DNA of 64,000 nt from assembly GCA_964016885.1 (NCBI GenBank), contig OZ024747.1, forward strand, positions 90,892,001-90,956,000, given 5' to 3'. The position numbers and the translations under genes were made by a program. A model generated the notes under the pieces. That model was not told the origin of the DNA, made no database searches, and saw only the letters and a program-made list of their open reading frames with translations. Below are positions 1 through 16,266 of this stretch, piece by piece; position 1 is the stretch's first letter, and each line of letters opens with the position of its first letter. Origin of the DNA: Eledone cirrhosa. Its lineage: Eukaryota.

Positions 1-41
1 ATGAAGCTTGGATAGTTTTTCTTTGTTGTAAAAGTAATTAT

Positions 42-111
<70 letters not shown>

Positions 112-164
112 GCTGCTGATGCTCCTGCTGCTGCTGCTACTTCTACTACTACTAATAATAATAA

Positions 165-470
165 TTGTTTCTACTTTTTGGCACAAGGCCAGCAATTATA
201 CAGTGTATTACTGGTACTTTATTTTATCGACCCTGTAAGGATGAAAGGCAAAAGCTAACCTCGGTGGGATTTGAATTCAGAACATAAAGGGCCATAACTC
301 TATAATAATGGTTTCTACTTTTGGCACAAGGTCAGCTATTATCCCAGTGTATTACTGGTACTTTATTTTATCGACCCCGTAAGGATGAAAGGCAAAGTTA
401 ACCTCGGCGCGATTTGAACTCAGACCATAAAGGGACGTAACTCTGTGCTGCGAAGTAGTGTTTCCGGCGC
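165..470 (-). mobile_element. Two tandem partial tRNA-derived SINE copies (SINE family A)
   Basis: Reverse complement of the family consensus seen at 63919-64000 and 16363-16541: A box TGGCAGTATCGG, B box GAGTTCAAATCC, body ...GGGGTCGATAAAATAAAGTACCAGT..., 3' end GGCCTTGTGCCAAAAGTAGAAAC plus ATT-rich tail. Confidence 0.85.
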
Positions 471-1559
471 TTGGATAATGACCAAGATTATTACTTCGGA
501 GTGTCACAACCGCTTTTGAGACTACTCCCCGGTTTAGCTAACTCCACCTATTCAAATACTCTCCCTAGTGTTTACGGAATCATTGATCTGCATGGTTTAG
601 AAATACCTGGTTCTTATCTGAAATGGTATGTCCACATCACATAAGTAATAGCAACACTTCAGTCTACTATGACAATCTTCCAAAATGAGGTGTCTTAATA
701 AAAACACTGGTGGTTGTGAAACATTAAATCCACTGACCACTCATTTATAGAAAGAAATATGTACTAGATTTAACACTTAGTGAAATCTAATTCAGGAATA
801 AGGGGGCTGCTTTTAGTTTTGGTTAGCAACCTTCCGGCAAATGGTGCCGCAGTAAACATACCGACAGCAGTGGCACCCTAAAACCCTAGTCTCATTATAA
901 GTGGAAATGTCAGAGAGTAATATTAAAGACAACGCCGAAACTAGCAGCGGATGGGGGCAGAATTAGACACCTTGGGAATCTGTGGAGCTAAAACTCCCAG
1001 GTGTAGCTGGCATGTGATTCATGGGCAGGTTTATATCGGTCGTCATTCTATTACTACAAGACCACTATTTATATAATGTGGACGAACTATGTGGACGAAA
1101 AGAGTTTAACAACATCGTTATGAGGTGTTATGATTTAGAAAGATTAGTGTCAGGTCTTCTTCTTATCGTGTCCACAAGAATGTCGGCTACAAAACTTGGT
1201 TAGATGTGGTTCCGGCACAGCTGAACACATTACTGTCCTTTCTCATTAAACTCTGCCAAGCAGGGGCATATCAGAAGGTGCAGCGTAGTCTGTGGTTCCA
1301 CGCAGTCACACACAACGCCCCCAGCCTTTAAATATCCCCATTTTGCCAGATTGGCTTTTGCACGACCATGGAAATGATCAAGGAACAAAAACATTGGAGG
1401 GAGAGGCAAATGTTATTAAAAGTAACGGTTACTTACCAGAACGAGAGTCGTAGGAAAGAAGGTAAGACGTGATTTGTGACTACCAAGCTACTTCACCAGC
1501 ACAGAACGATCAGCTAGCAAACGAGAGAAGCCAGTTTAAAGCACCTTCTCTCTACCTTG

Positions 1560-2310
1560 GACAAAGGAACTAAATAGAATAGCAATGAAATACTACATTA
1601 TGACTAAACCAAATGAAAAATGGTACAGCCATAATATGTTGGCAATTTGGAATGAAATAGGTGTGTTTCCAGTGATAGAATGGAAACTTTCAGGACAAGC
1701 ATAATTTAGAAAGCATAATGGCTATCTGTCGAGCCTAGAATTCAAAGAAATTAAACGAGAAATAGAAAACTCAACAGGGGGCAATGGTAAATTTGAAATT
1801 AATATAAATGAAATTATTATCGAACAGAGTTCAACAATTGAAAGAGATGAATTAGATAGAGGGGAAACAAATTTGAGAATGAGACAGGATGGTCAAAGTG
1901 ACGATGAGATGAAGCTATTGGCCAAAATAAAAGACTGACCTAAGCCAAAGAGTATGGGAAACATGCCAAACTAAGAGCATTTCAGAACAAAACGGGAAAA
2001 TAAAAACAACAACAACAACAACAAGAAAAGTATTTAACTATGTTATAAGATATATACCACTAATCTCTCTGCTGTAGGTAAATAACCTATACAAGGTAGT
2101 AGCAGAAGTAATAGGCAAAGACGTTGGTAGCTACAAGATAGGTAACCTTATAAGAGACAAACAATTACCTTGGTGGAAATGAGAGGTAAAATATAGCATG
2201 AAGAGGTTGAGTCCAGAAGTGAGTCAACTGTAGTTTCTCTTCAAAGGTGCCCCATGGAAAGAAGGAGTAATTGAAATATTAAAAGGAAAACACAATGAGA
2301 AAAACAGTTG
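1560..2310 (+). pseudogene. Decayed N-terminal ORF fragment of an R4/Dong-like non-LTR retrotransposon
   Basis: Manual translation across stops and frameshifts gives ...KPNEKWYSHNMLAIWNEIGVFPVIEWKLSGQA...NGYLSSLEFKEIKREIE... and later LPWWK...EVSQL, resembling the N-terminal region of R4/Dong ORFs. Confidence 0.55.
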
Positions 2311-2515
2311 TTGGCCTTTCATCCTCACAGGGTCGATAAATAAAGCACCAGTAATGCACTGGGGTTGATTTAATCGACTTTCCCCTCCCCCTAAAATTGT
2401 TGGCCTTGTGCCTAAAGTAGAACAATTATTTGAACTCAAGACGTAAAGGGCCGTAACTCCATGCCGTAAAGCCTGGTGTCCGACGCTCTACCGATACTGC
2501 CAATCCACGGCCCTT
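2311..2515. mobile_element. Rearranged SINE A: body and tail on +, tRNA head on -
   Basis: 2311-2430 matches the SINE 3' half on +; 2430-2515 matches the reverse complement of the SINE head. Confidence 0.7.
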
Positions 2516-2559
2516 CCCTAGAAATGAAATAATAAACACATCCCTTAACTGCCATATTT

Positions 2560-2830
2560 TGCAGTTAGTTTTTTCCGCTAGCTTTTGCACAACGTTATAT
2601 ATTCCTTTGGCGACAGACCTCAGGAGTACTTGGACCCGGTACAGCCGAGCTCCTCGCCAAGATCGGAACGTCAGCAGCCCGTCTGAGGAAAGAGTCCCAC
2701 CAGGTGGGTCGGCTGTTACAGCGGGTGTCGTTGGCTATTGTCTGCGGGGCATAGCTCCAACACCCACACCCTAGGCCTAGAGCCCCTCCCTCTCCCCCTC
2801 CCATTCTTTATGACCCTAGAGCCCTCGTCT
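2560..2830 (+). mobile_element. CRE-like (restriction-like endonuclease) LINE 3'-end remnant
   Basis: Degenerate match to IPLA..TSGVLG......L..IG.........WL.QRVSLA..RG.A, also present at 11875, 17930 and 48620. Confidence 0.5.
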
Positions 2831-3216
2831 TTCCTTCCTTTTCCGTTTTCAAAACCACAAAAGATATTTGAATTGTTTACAATTAAACATTTGTTCTTAT
2901 TAACTGTTTTCATTTTTATCGCGGTAAATGATGTCAGCCTTATCATCTGGTGCACTGTTTGTCAGCTCAAATTCTAACATATTTTCAAACCGTCTATCTT
3001 CAATCGACTATTTCTGTAAGTGCATCGACAGGTTATCTATAAGGATAGACTTAGATAAGTTTTACAAAACAGCAATACAAGGGAACTGCATACATTGTTA
3101 GCGTCATTCTTACACAGCATTTGTTAGCATTGAATGTTTTGTTAATTGGAACATTTTTATTAACCTTCAGTTTGTTAACTTAAGCCTGTCGTTGAACATT
3201 CGTGTTAACATTAAAC

Positions 3217-3405
3217 ATCATCATCACCCGTCGGCCTGAGCCGAAATCGACTCAATAATTGATCTCCACGTGGGTCTGTCGTTCATTGCCGCCGCCAAAT
3301 CCTGGATTTCAATACCAGACTCTCTGGAGATGACATTGGGATAGGAGAGCTTGCGCCCCCTGTTATTAGTGACTGCTTGTGGTTTCCAAAGCACTAACGG
3401 GGACA
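3217..3405 (-). mobile_element. RTE-like LINE 3'-end remnant
   Basis: ORF LWKPQ...RGRKLSYPNVISRESG...AMNDRPTWRSII followed by a short (TGA)n tail, typical of an RTE C-terminus. Confidence 0.55.
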
Positions 3406-3573
3406 CAGCTTTAAAGATACTACGTCAACATAAACATACAATGCCGTCAACATAAACATACATGTTAAGGTGAACTAAAATGTACGTAATTCTTGTTCTA
3501 AGAACAGGAAACACTTGATGAATTTCTCTAACTATGAGTAAAAAGATTTAAAATATAATAATAATAATAACAA

Positions 3574-3762
3574 TATTTCTACTTTTGGCACAAGGCCAGC
3601 AATTATCCCAGTGCATTACTGGTACTTTATTTTATCGACCCCATAAGGATGAAAGGTGAAGTTAACCTCGGCGAGATTTAAACTCAGACCGTAAAGGGCC
3701 GTAACACTATGCTGCAAATCAGGGCATCCGACCCTCTACCGATACTGCCAATCCACCGCCCT
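3574..3762 (-). mobile_element. SINE A, full-length
   Basis: Head, body and (ATT)n tail all present. Confidence 0.85.
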
Positions 3763-3780
3763 AAAGGCAAAGTTAATAAT

Positions 3781-3802
3781 AACCCTAACCCTAACCCTAA
3801 CC
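3781..3802 (-). repeat. Short interstitial (TTAGGG)n telomere-type repeat
   Basis: aaccctaaccctaaccctaacc. Confidence 0.6.
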
Positions 3803-4342
3803 ACAAAAAAAGAACTGGAACAAATAAAACACGGCATTAAATCACAACTCCTTTCTCTCTCTTTCACTCCCTCACTCTCGCTAACTCTCGCGCACTCTCG
3901 CTGGCTCTCATTCATTCACGCTCTCTTTACTCTCTCTCTCTTTCTCTGTCTGTCACTCTCTCTCTCTTATCTTATTTTTATTTTATCAGCTAAATTATGA
4001 TCTGTTGCAAAAGTTGATTCAATGAATTAGTGGAAATTCACACAGCTTGTGAATTGTGTCTGTGTGTTCGTCCCTTCTAATACATCTTCTGCCCAAATGT
4101 GGTCGATGGAGATGCAATGAAGCATGTTAATAGAGTATATAAGTATGTACAAATAAAAAACAATATTTTATTTGTAAAACAAAATAAGAATTACCAGTAA
4201 AGATAAAGCAGACGATAAATAAATAAAGGGATAGATAATCACGTTGTTTTTTTTAGATCCCAAATAAGACACATATCAGTCAATAACAAACAGTTATCTA
4301 AGATGCAGTACAACGTGTATATATATAATATATATATATATA

Positions 4343-4592
4343 TTAGTAAAAAGGAAAAGAAAATGCTGACAAATGTTTCCCAGTGAAAAATAGTTTAATT
4401 AGGAATAAGTATAAATTAGTAATAAGTATTAGTTAGTATTCAGTTTTAGTTTTAAGTTTTAACTAGTTTCTAGCTTATTAGCTGTCATCAGCATCGTATA
4501 CCTTCCTCTTTTTCACTGGGAAAAATTTGTCAGCATTTTCTTTTCCTTTTTACAATTATATCGCAACTCGGTTGTCACACCTCTATTTTTTA
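4343..4592. mobile_element. PLE pseudo-LTR remnant with inverted arms, related to the pLTR of the Neptune-type element at 43945-47807
   Basis: 4346-4390 is the reverse complement of 4509-4553; shares AAAATGCTGACAAAT..TT..CAGT.GAAAAAT.GTTTAATTAGGAAT with 43998-44050 and 28048-28096; flanked by (TA)n. Confidence 0.7.
4455..4495 (-). ncRNA. Minimal hammerhead ribozyme motif lacking the 5' strand of stem I
   Basis: Minus strand reads CUGAUGA-C-AGCU aaua AGCU-A-GAAA-CUAG-UU-AAAAC, with a palindromic stem III. Confidence 0.65.
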
Positions 4593-4611
4593 AATATATA
4601 TATATGTATGT

Positions 4612-4812
<201 letters not shown>

Positions 4813-4973
4813 ATACATATAAATACATATCTATATATATCTATCTATATATATATATATATATATGTACGACCAATCTCTCTTCCTCTCTCTTTATACA
4901 CGCACACATTTGAAATATATACATACATTATATAACATATATACATAGAATGAATTAATAGCCTGGCGCTCTC

Positions 4974-6308
4974 AACCACCACCACCACCACCACCACCAT
5001 CACAATACACCACCACCACCACCACCACCATCACAATACACCACCACCTCCATCACAATACACCACCACCACCACCAACAACACCACCATCACAATACAC
5101 CACCACTACCACCACCAGCACAATACACCACCACCACCACCATCAAAATACACCACCACCACCACCATCACAATACACCACCACCACCACCACCACCACC
5201 ATCAAAATACACCACCACCACCACCATCACAATACACCACCACCACCACCACCACCACCATCACAATACACCACCACCACCACGACCACCACCTCTATCA
5301 CAATACAGCACCACCACCACCAACACCACCACCAACACCACCACCATCACAATACACCACCACCACCACCACCATCACAATACACCACCACCACCACGAC
5401 CACCACCTCTATCACAATACAGCACCACCACCATCAACACCACCACCAACACCACCACCACCACCACCTCTATCACAATACACCACCACCACCACCACCA
5501 CCATCACAATACACCACCACCACCACCACCACCACCACCATCACAATACACCACCACCAACACCACCACCACCACCACCTCTATCACAATACACCACCAC
5601 CACCACCACCACCATCACAATACACCACCACCACCACGACCACCACCTCTATCACAATACACCGCCACCACCACCACCACCACCACCACCACCACCTCCA
5701 TCACAATACACCACCACCACCACCACCACCACCACCTCTATCACAATACACCACCACCACCACCACCACCACCTCCATCACAATACACCAGCACCAGCAC
5801 CACCACCTCCATCACAATACACCACACCACCACCACCACCTCCATCACAATACACCACACCACCACCACCACCTCCATCACAATACACCACCACCACCAC
5901 CACCAGCACCACCACCACCTCCATCACAATACACCACACCACCACCACCACCTCCATCACAATACACCACCACCACCAGCACCAGCACCACCACCACCAC
6001 CTCCATCACAATACACCACACAACCACCACCACCTCCATCACAATACACCACCGCCACCACCACCAGCACCACCACCACCACCTCCATCACAATACACCA
6101 CCACCACCACCACCACCACCACCTCTATCACAATACACCACCACCACCACCACTACCACCTCCATCACAATACACCACCACCACCACCTTCACCACCACC
6201 ACCTCCATCACAATACACCACCACCACCACCAGCACCACCACCACCACCACCTCCATCACAATATACCAGCACCACCACCACCACCTCCATCACAATACA
6301 CCACACCT
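4974..6308 (+). repeat. Compound minisatellite [ATCACAATAC(ACC)n]
   Basis: ATCACAATAC anchor separated by variable-length ACC runs. Confidence 0.95.
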
Positions 6309-6530
6309 CAAATGAGTGAATAAATATATTGGTTTGGTTTGAATAAAAAAATGTAAAGAAAAAAGCCCATAATAGATAAAAGATGAAGAGTAAGGACAAC
6401 AACAACAACAACAAAAGACAATAACAAAAACACGAACAATAACTAACAAATTTATTAATATTATAATGATAAGTATTAATTGCCATAGCTGAATATTATA
6501 TAAGTCTTGTGAACTAGCTTGGTATTACTG

Positions 6531-9694
<3,164 letters not shown>

Positions 9695-10408
9695 CGTACA
9701 TGTATGCACATGTGTAGCAAGTGAAAGAGAGAGAGGGGGGAGAGGGAGAGAGAGCAGATTGGAGAATGAAAGAAAGGAAATAGGGTGGGGGGTGGGGGGG
9801 AGATAGAGGAAGAGAGAGAAGAGGGTAGAAAGAATAAAAGAAAAAGAAAAAAAAAAGAGGACGAGGTACAGAGAGAGGAAAATAAATAAATTCATACATT
9901 TTTTTAGTGAGATATTTTATTGAATCCAGCATCCTCAATAAAACACACATCAATACACAATAACAGTATATCTCATGTTTTACACACACACAGTCATCAC
10001 TGCATCGTATATGTTTGTAACACTACTATATTACACTATTTGTTTTAATGTTGTGTCTGGATATTAATAACCAACTATACATGCTTTTGCACAGTACCGT
10101 CGTCTAAGTCTCTACATAAAATACTCTTCGCTTATTGGTTATAGCGATACCACTTAATTTTCATTTCTGATGCTTTTCTCCACCCCGCTCATCGAAAAAA
10201 GAAGAAAAAAGAAAAATGAAGAAAAAGTCATGCATGTGAATGTTGCACGCAATACAGACTCATATCACTCCACCAGTAAATTCGTTATATATATAAATAG
10301 AGTGTGTCCCATAAAAATTGTATACATACTTTGAATAGGATGTTGATGAAGTGTGTATACATTTTTTGGGGACATCCTGTACACACATACACACACACAC
10401 ACATATAT

Positions 10409-10450
<42 letters not shown>

Positions 10451-10571
10451 ACATATATATAAACACGCATATCTCCCATGCATTGAGTACTCCGATGATT
10501 AGTGGTCTCCCCGGTCTCAGCACCGCAGACTCTCTCTCCCCCCCTCTCTCTCTCTCTCACTCTCTCTCTCT

Positions 10572-10630
<59 letters not shown>

Positions 10631-10644
10631 TATATATATATATA

Positions 10645-10842
10645 AGTCTAAAGTCTGTCTTAAGCCAGAAGGCTCATTTGGCCGGTGCTTATCCCGGTTT
10701 CATGGCGTGAAGTGACTGAGAGTGCAAGACTTCCACCTGGACAGGACGCCAGTCCATCGCAGGCTTAAACCCCCAGCTATTGTTGGCACTCATTTTCAGC
10801 TGAGTATACTGGAGCAACGTGAAATGAAGTGTTTTGCTCAAG
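10645..10842 (-). mobile_element. SINE family B fragment (central domain and 3' part)
   Basis: CCAGTCCATCGCAGG and GGAGCAACGTGAAATGAAGTG..TTGCTCAAG; the latter motif is shared with the copies at 21040, 25870, 31320 and 42030. Confidence 0.6.
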
Positions 10843-10871
10843 AATATATATGTATATATATATATATGTAA

Positions 10872-11845
10872 TGGTTTCTGATTTAGGCACAAGGCTAGCA
10901 ATTTTGGAAAAGGGGAAAGTGCGTTACCCGTAAGGATGAAGGGCAAAACTAACCTCAACTGGATTTGAACTCAGAACATATATAGCCATAACTATATGCC
11001 GCAAAGCATATTGTCTGATGGTCTACTGATACTAGCAATCCACCGCTCTATCAATATCTAGACATGTGTTGGTGACCGCCGTATGGCGTGGAGATAGATC
11101 AATTCCCACGACACGGAAGCCTGGCTTGAGCCTCTTTCCCACCTCCTTGTTTCAATCAATACACTTCATCTTATTTACGTCGATCGAACGAGGGAGGGAA
11201 CCTCTAAGTGATCGCTCGAACACCTAGAAATATCAGGCCAAACACTTTCAAATTATGCCCTATTGTCTTATAAATGAGAAGTTCTGACTAGATAATGTAA
11301 TCCTACATACATTTTCTACTTTTTAGCACAAGGCCAGCAATTATCCCAGTGTATTACTGGTACTTTATTTTATCGACCCTGTAAGGATGAAAGGCAAAGT
11401 TAACCTCGGCGGGATTTGAACTCAGACCATAAAGGGCCGTAACTCTTTGCTGCAAAGCATGGCGTCCGACTCTTTACCGATACTGCCAATCCACCGCCCT
11501 AGATACATAATGCCACCGCACCCAATAAATAAAAGGAATTGTTATAGCTAGAACGTCTTTAATTATAAGGTTGCTCAATCAGGACAGATCTACAGCTTCA
11601 TAACAACACAGTATTAACAGTGGATTGGCAGCATCGGTATAGCGTCAGACATTATGCTTTGTGGCATAGAGTTACGGCCCATTACGTTCTGAGTTCAAAT
11701 CCCACCGGGGTGAGATTTGTCTTTCATCCTTACGTGGTGTATGATAAAATAAAGTAATAAAGTATCGGTAACGCACTGGGGTCAATTCAACCGACCCCTC
11801 CCTTTCTTACAAATTGCTGTCCTTGTGCCAAAAGTAGAAACAATT
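10872..11845. mobile_element. Three SINE A copies (10872-11048 -, 11312-11500 -, 11620-11848 +)
   Basis: Match to the SINE A consensus. Confidence 0.8.
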
Positions 11846-11874
11846 ATTAACGCCATTACTATTATTACTTTCTC

Positions 11875-12300
11875 CAGTCGCAACCTGGGGCAGTCTGCGA
11901 CTAACCCAGGTTCTGCTGCACGTCAGGCTGAGGAGGCCAAACTCTTCAAATACCGGTCGCTCTCTGACAGGTTTGCGGTTGTACACTTGGCAGTGGAGAT
12001 TTCTGGTGTCCTCGGCCCTAGGGCTACCTCCCTACTCACGACCATAGGCGCTGAGCTGGCTACCCCTAGCAGTGGAGATTTCTGGTGTCCTCGGCCCTAG
12101 GGCTACCTCCCTACTCACCACCATAGGTGCTGAGTTGGCCAGCCGCAGGTGTGAGTCTCGCGAGCTGGAATGGCTTTTCCAGCGCGTCTCCCTTGCCGTC
12201 CTCCAGGGAAACGCTTTCTCTATTCTGTTCGCCGGGGCTATGGGGAGGCCACCATTATGATTGACTGACTTGTCTTTTTATCAGTCAGATGTTCTAATAA
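11875..12300 (+). mobile_element. CRE-like LINE 3' fragment (REL endonuclease C-terminus) with an internal ~78-bp duplication
   Basis: AARQAEEAKLFKY...LAVEISGVLGPRATSLLTTIG...WLFQRVSLAVLQGNAFSIL; GCAGTGGAGATTTCTGGTGTCCTCGGCCCTAGGG occurs twice (11990, 12069). Confidence 0.65.
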
Positions 12301-12442
12301 TTCTATATATATATATATGTCATATTTCCATTTACTAATATAATTTTGTGGCAGAACTCTGGGAAGTTATTTTGAAGTCATATGCTTTACTTTTCCTACT
12401 GCTTATAATCATTTCCTTTACTCATTTCACAATGGTCTATAA

Positions 12443-12607
12443 CAGGCATGTCAAACTGAGGGTCCTTCGAGGGCCGCTTGGGTCACATATGTGTTATCAG
12501 AGGACCACACACGACAACTAATTGCGCACATTAGAACAAATTTTACGAAGATAAAACATGCTTGTGCTGTAAAAACTTTTGTGCGAGCCGCATGTTTGAC
12601 ATGCCTG
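12443..12607. mobile_element. hAT-type MITE, 165 bp
   Basis: TIR CAGGCATGTCAAAC/GTTTGACATGCCTG; perfect 8-bp TSD GTCTATAA at 12435-12442 and 12608-12615. Confidence 0.9.
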
Positions 12608-12699
12608 GTCTATAAAATAATTAATTCGTGTTGCATCAAAAGGTTACTTAGGGGTGCTCTGTTGCTTTCACAATATATGAAAGATAACTTCACAGAATT

Positions 12700-15112
12700 G
12701 TGGAGTGTATCTCGAGACAGATGTAAAGTCTACCTTGATAACTACCTTGAGATATATGTAATGAACTCATCTTGATATCAACTTATGTTCCCTGTGATTA
12801 ACTAGATAACTGCAAGTGAGAACTGTGATAATGACCATGAGAGAAGTGTGGTTTCATTTGTATTGATAACTTGTGCAGAGACATATAATATCCGTATTAA
12901 TGCCATGTCTATCGAGATGACTATTTGAGAATATTGTGATGTCTATCTTCAGAATAAGGTAATGTCTATCCTGATAACTACTACAGCGAGATATAACGTC
13001 TACCTTGATAGCTATAGTGAAATGTGGTGTCTACCTTGATAACTGCAGTGAAATGTGGTGTCTACCTTGATAACTACAGTGAAATGTGGTGTCTACCTTG
13101 ATAACTGCAGTGAAATGTGGTGTCTACCTTGAAATTATAGTGAAATGTAGTGTCTACCCTTGATAACTATAGAGAAATGTGTTGTCTACCTTGATAACTA
13201 CAGTGAAATGTGGTGTCTACCTTGATAACTATAGTGAAATGTAGTGTCTACCTTGATAACTATACAGAAATGTAGTGTCTACCTTGATAACTATAGTGAA
13301 ATGTGGTGTCTACCTTGATAACTATAGTGAAATGTAGTGTCTACCTTGATAACTATAGAGAAATGTAGTGTCTACCTTGATAACTATAGAGAAATGTAGT
13401 GTCTAACTTGATAACTATAGAGAAATGTGGTGTCTACCTTGATAACTATTCAGAAATGTGGTGTCTACCTTGATAACTATAGTGAAATGTGGTGTCTACC
13501 TTGATAACTATAGTGAAATGTAGTGTCTACCTTGATAACTATAGAGAAATGTAGTGTCTACCTTGATAACTATAGAGAAATGTAGTGTCTACTTTGATAA
13601 CTATAGTGAAATGTGGTGTCTACCTTGATAACTATAGTGAAATGTAGTGTCTACCTTTTTAACTATAGTGAAATGTAGTGTCTACTTTGATAACTATAGT
13701 GAAATGTGGTGTCTACCTTGATAACTATAGAGAAATGTGGTGTCTACCTTGATAACTATAGTGAAATGTGGTGTCTACCTTGATAACTATAGAGAAATGT
13801 GGTGTCTACCTTGATAACTATAGAGAAATGTGGCGTCTACCTTGATAACTATAGAGAAATGTGGTGTCTACCTTGATAAATATAGTGAAATGTGGTGTCT
13901 ACCTTGATAACTATAGAGAAATGTGGTGTCTACCTTGATAACTACAGTGAAATGTGGTGTCTACCTTGATAACTATTCAGAAATGTGGTGTCTACCTTGA
14001 TAACTATAGTGAAATGTGGTGTCTACCTTGATAACTATAGTGAAATGTGGTGTCTACCTTGATAACTATTCAGAAATGTGGTGTCTACCTTGATAACTAT
14101 AGAGAAATGTGGTGTCTACCTTGATAACTATAGTGAAATGTGATGTCTACCTTGATAACTATAGTGAAATGTAGTGTCTACCTTGATAACTATAGTGAAA
14201 TGTAGTGTCTACTTTGATAACTATAGTGAAATGTGGTGTCTACCTTGATAACTATAGTGAAATGTAGTGTCTAACTTGATAACTACAGTGAAATGTGGTG
14301 TCTACCTTGATAACTATTCAGAAATGTAGTTCTACCTTGATAACTATAGTGAAATGTGGTGTCTACCTTGATAACTATAGTGAAATGTAGTGTCTACCTT
14401 GTTAACTATAGTGAAATGTAGTGTCTACTTTGATAACTATAGTGAAATGTGGTGTCTACCTTGATAACTATAGAGAAATGTGGTGTCTACCTTGATAACT
14501 ATAGTGAAATGTGGTGTCTACCTTGATAACTATAGAGAAATGTGGTGTCTACCTTGATAACTATAGAGAAATGTGGCGTCTACCTTGATAACTATAGAGA
14601 AATGTGGTGTCTACCTTGATAACTATAGTGAAATGTGGTGTCTACCTTGATAACTATAGAGAAATGTGGTGTCTACCTTGATAACTACAGTGAAATGTGG
14701 TGTCTACCTTGATAACTATAGTGAAATGTGGTGTCTACCTTGATAACTATAATGAAATGTGGTGTCTACCTTGATAACTATTCAGAAATGTGGTGTCTAC
14801 CTTGATAACTATAGAGAAATGTGGTGTCTACCTTGATAACTATAGTGAAATGTGGTGTCTACCTTGATAACTATAGTGAAATGTGGTGTCTACCTTGATA
14901 ACTATTCAGAAATGTGGTGTCTACCTTGATAACTATAGTGAAATGTAGTGTCTACCTTGATAACTACAGTGAAATGTGGTGTCTACCTTGATAACTATAG
15001 AGAAATGTGGTGTCTACCTTGATAACTATAGTGAAATGTGGTGTCTACCTTGATAACTATAGAGAAATGTGCTGTCTACCTTGATAAATATAGTAAAATC
15101 TGATGTCTACCT
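12700..15112 (+). repeat. 31-bp tandem satellite (TGTCTACCTTGATAACTATAGTGAAATGTGG), about 68 homogeneous units plus degenerate left units
   Basis: Period 31 (e.g. 13021 vs 13052); homogeneous from ~13000 to 15110. Confidence 0.97.
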
Positions 15113-15442
15113 TTGTCTTGAGTTCCACTGGATTTTATTTAAAATTAAAACAAAATATGAATCTTAGAGTGACGGACAAAATCTTTTTCAGTAATTTAGT
15201 AAAACCCTGAGATCAAAACTTGCCGTGATTATCTTTGCTTCTCATCTTTCCAAGGTCGATAGAAAAGTACCAGTCAAGTACTGGAGTCGATACAATTGAC
15301 TTCACCTCATCCTTAATTGTGGGGCCTTGTAACCACGTTAGAATTAATTAGATTGAATTCTGGCATAGTTTTTTACTAATTATTTTTCATGCAGCAAGCG
15401 GCGGTTGTTGTTTGCCCCAGTCACTCTTGCAAGATATAGATA

Positions 15443-15620
15443 ATTGTTTCTACGTTTGGCACAAGGCCAGCAATTACCCAGTGCATTACTGGAACTTTAT
15501 TTTATCGACCCCGTAAGGATGAAAAGCAAAGTTAACCTCGGCGGGATTTGGACTCAGAATGGCAAGGACCGTAACTCTATGCGTCAAAGCATAGCGTTCG
15601 ACCCTCTACCGATACTGCCA
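15443..15620 (-). mobile_element. SINE A
   Basis: Consensus match. Confidence 0.85.
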
Positions 15621-16097
15621 TGTCAATTTGTCGAATCTCTTTAAAATTAGCTTATTCTAATAAACTAATACGTTTGTTCCTTTCATACGAGTTGAAAATA
15701 TTTACAGGTGAGATGATAGCAGGCTTCAGTAAACTATATTATACCGGTGAAGTTCAGTAAAACCGAAACATGTCCATTATTGTCCCTTTACCCGCAAAGA
15801 TCAATTTTACCCTGAGCATGTAAAGTAATTTTCTGAAACTTATATTTACTTTCTTGAAATTTTTTCCCCTATTTTGAATTACTGTTAAATTTTCTTTTCT
15901 CCAACTAAGAGGAAAATTCCAATTTATTGAAAATCATTTGCCCCTCGTTTAATATAAATTCTTACCATCGGCCCAGTTGAGTTAATTATCTTAGCTAATC
16001 TGAGTGTTCAATTATGGAAATAATTTTCACCAAAAATAGTATAACTTTATTTTCATAGGTAAAATCTATTTTCAATTGCCCAAAGAAGGTTCGAGTA

Positions 16098-16150
16098 TAC
16101 AGCACTATGCTGATGAGGCCTAATAGTACTGAAACATGCTCATCGCTGTC
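16098..16150 (+). ncRNA. Hammerhead-like motif (degenerate paralog at ~15735-15782)
   Basis: ACAGC-ac-UAUG CUGAUGA ...stem II... GAAA CAUG CU CAU-c-GCUGU; stem I pairs AUG/CAU and ACAGC/GCUGU; the cleavage triplet appears mutated. Confidence 0.5.
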
Positions 16151-16266
16151 CTCTTGCTTTTAAACAAAGATCAGATTTCCTCTCAAATCGTGCAAATTAA
16201 TTTTGTAAATTTTGTTTTGAGGGTCGCTCAAAATTCCGACTAGGCTTTTGTCTTCTTCCTCAATTA

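Noticed and set aside
13000-15112. 31-bp array as a CRISPR array
   Set aside because: The units are head-to-tail with no unique spacers, there are no cas genes, and the context is eukaryotic. The same applies to the 52-bp array.
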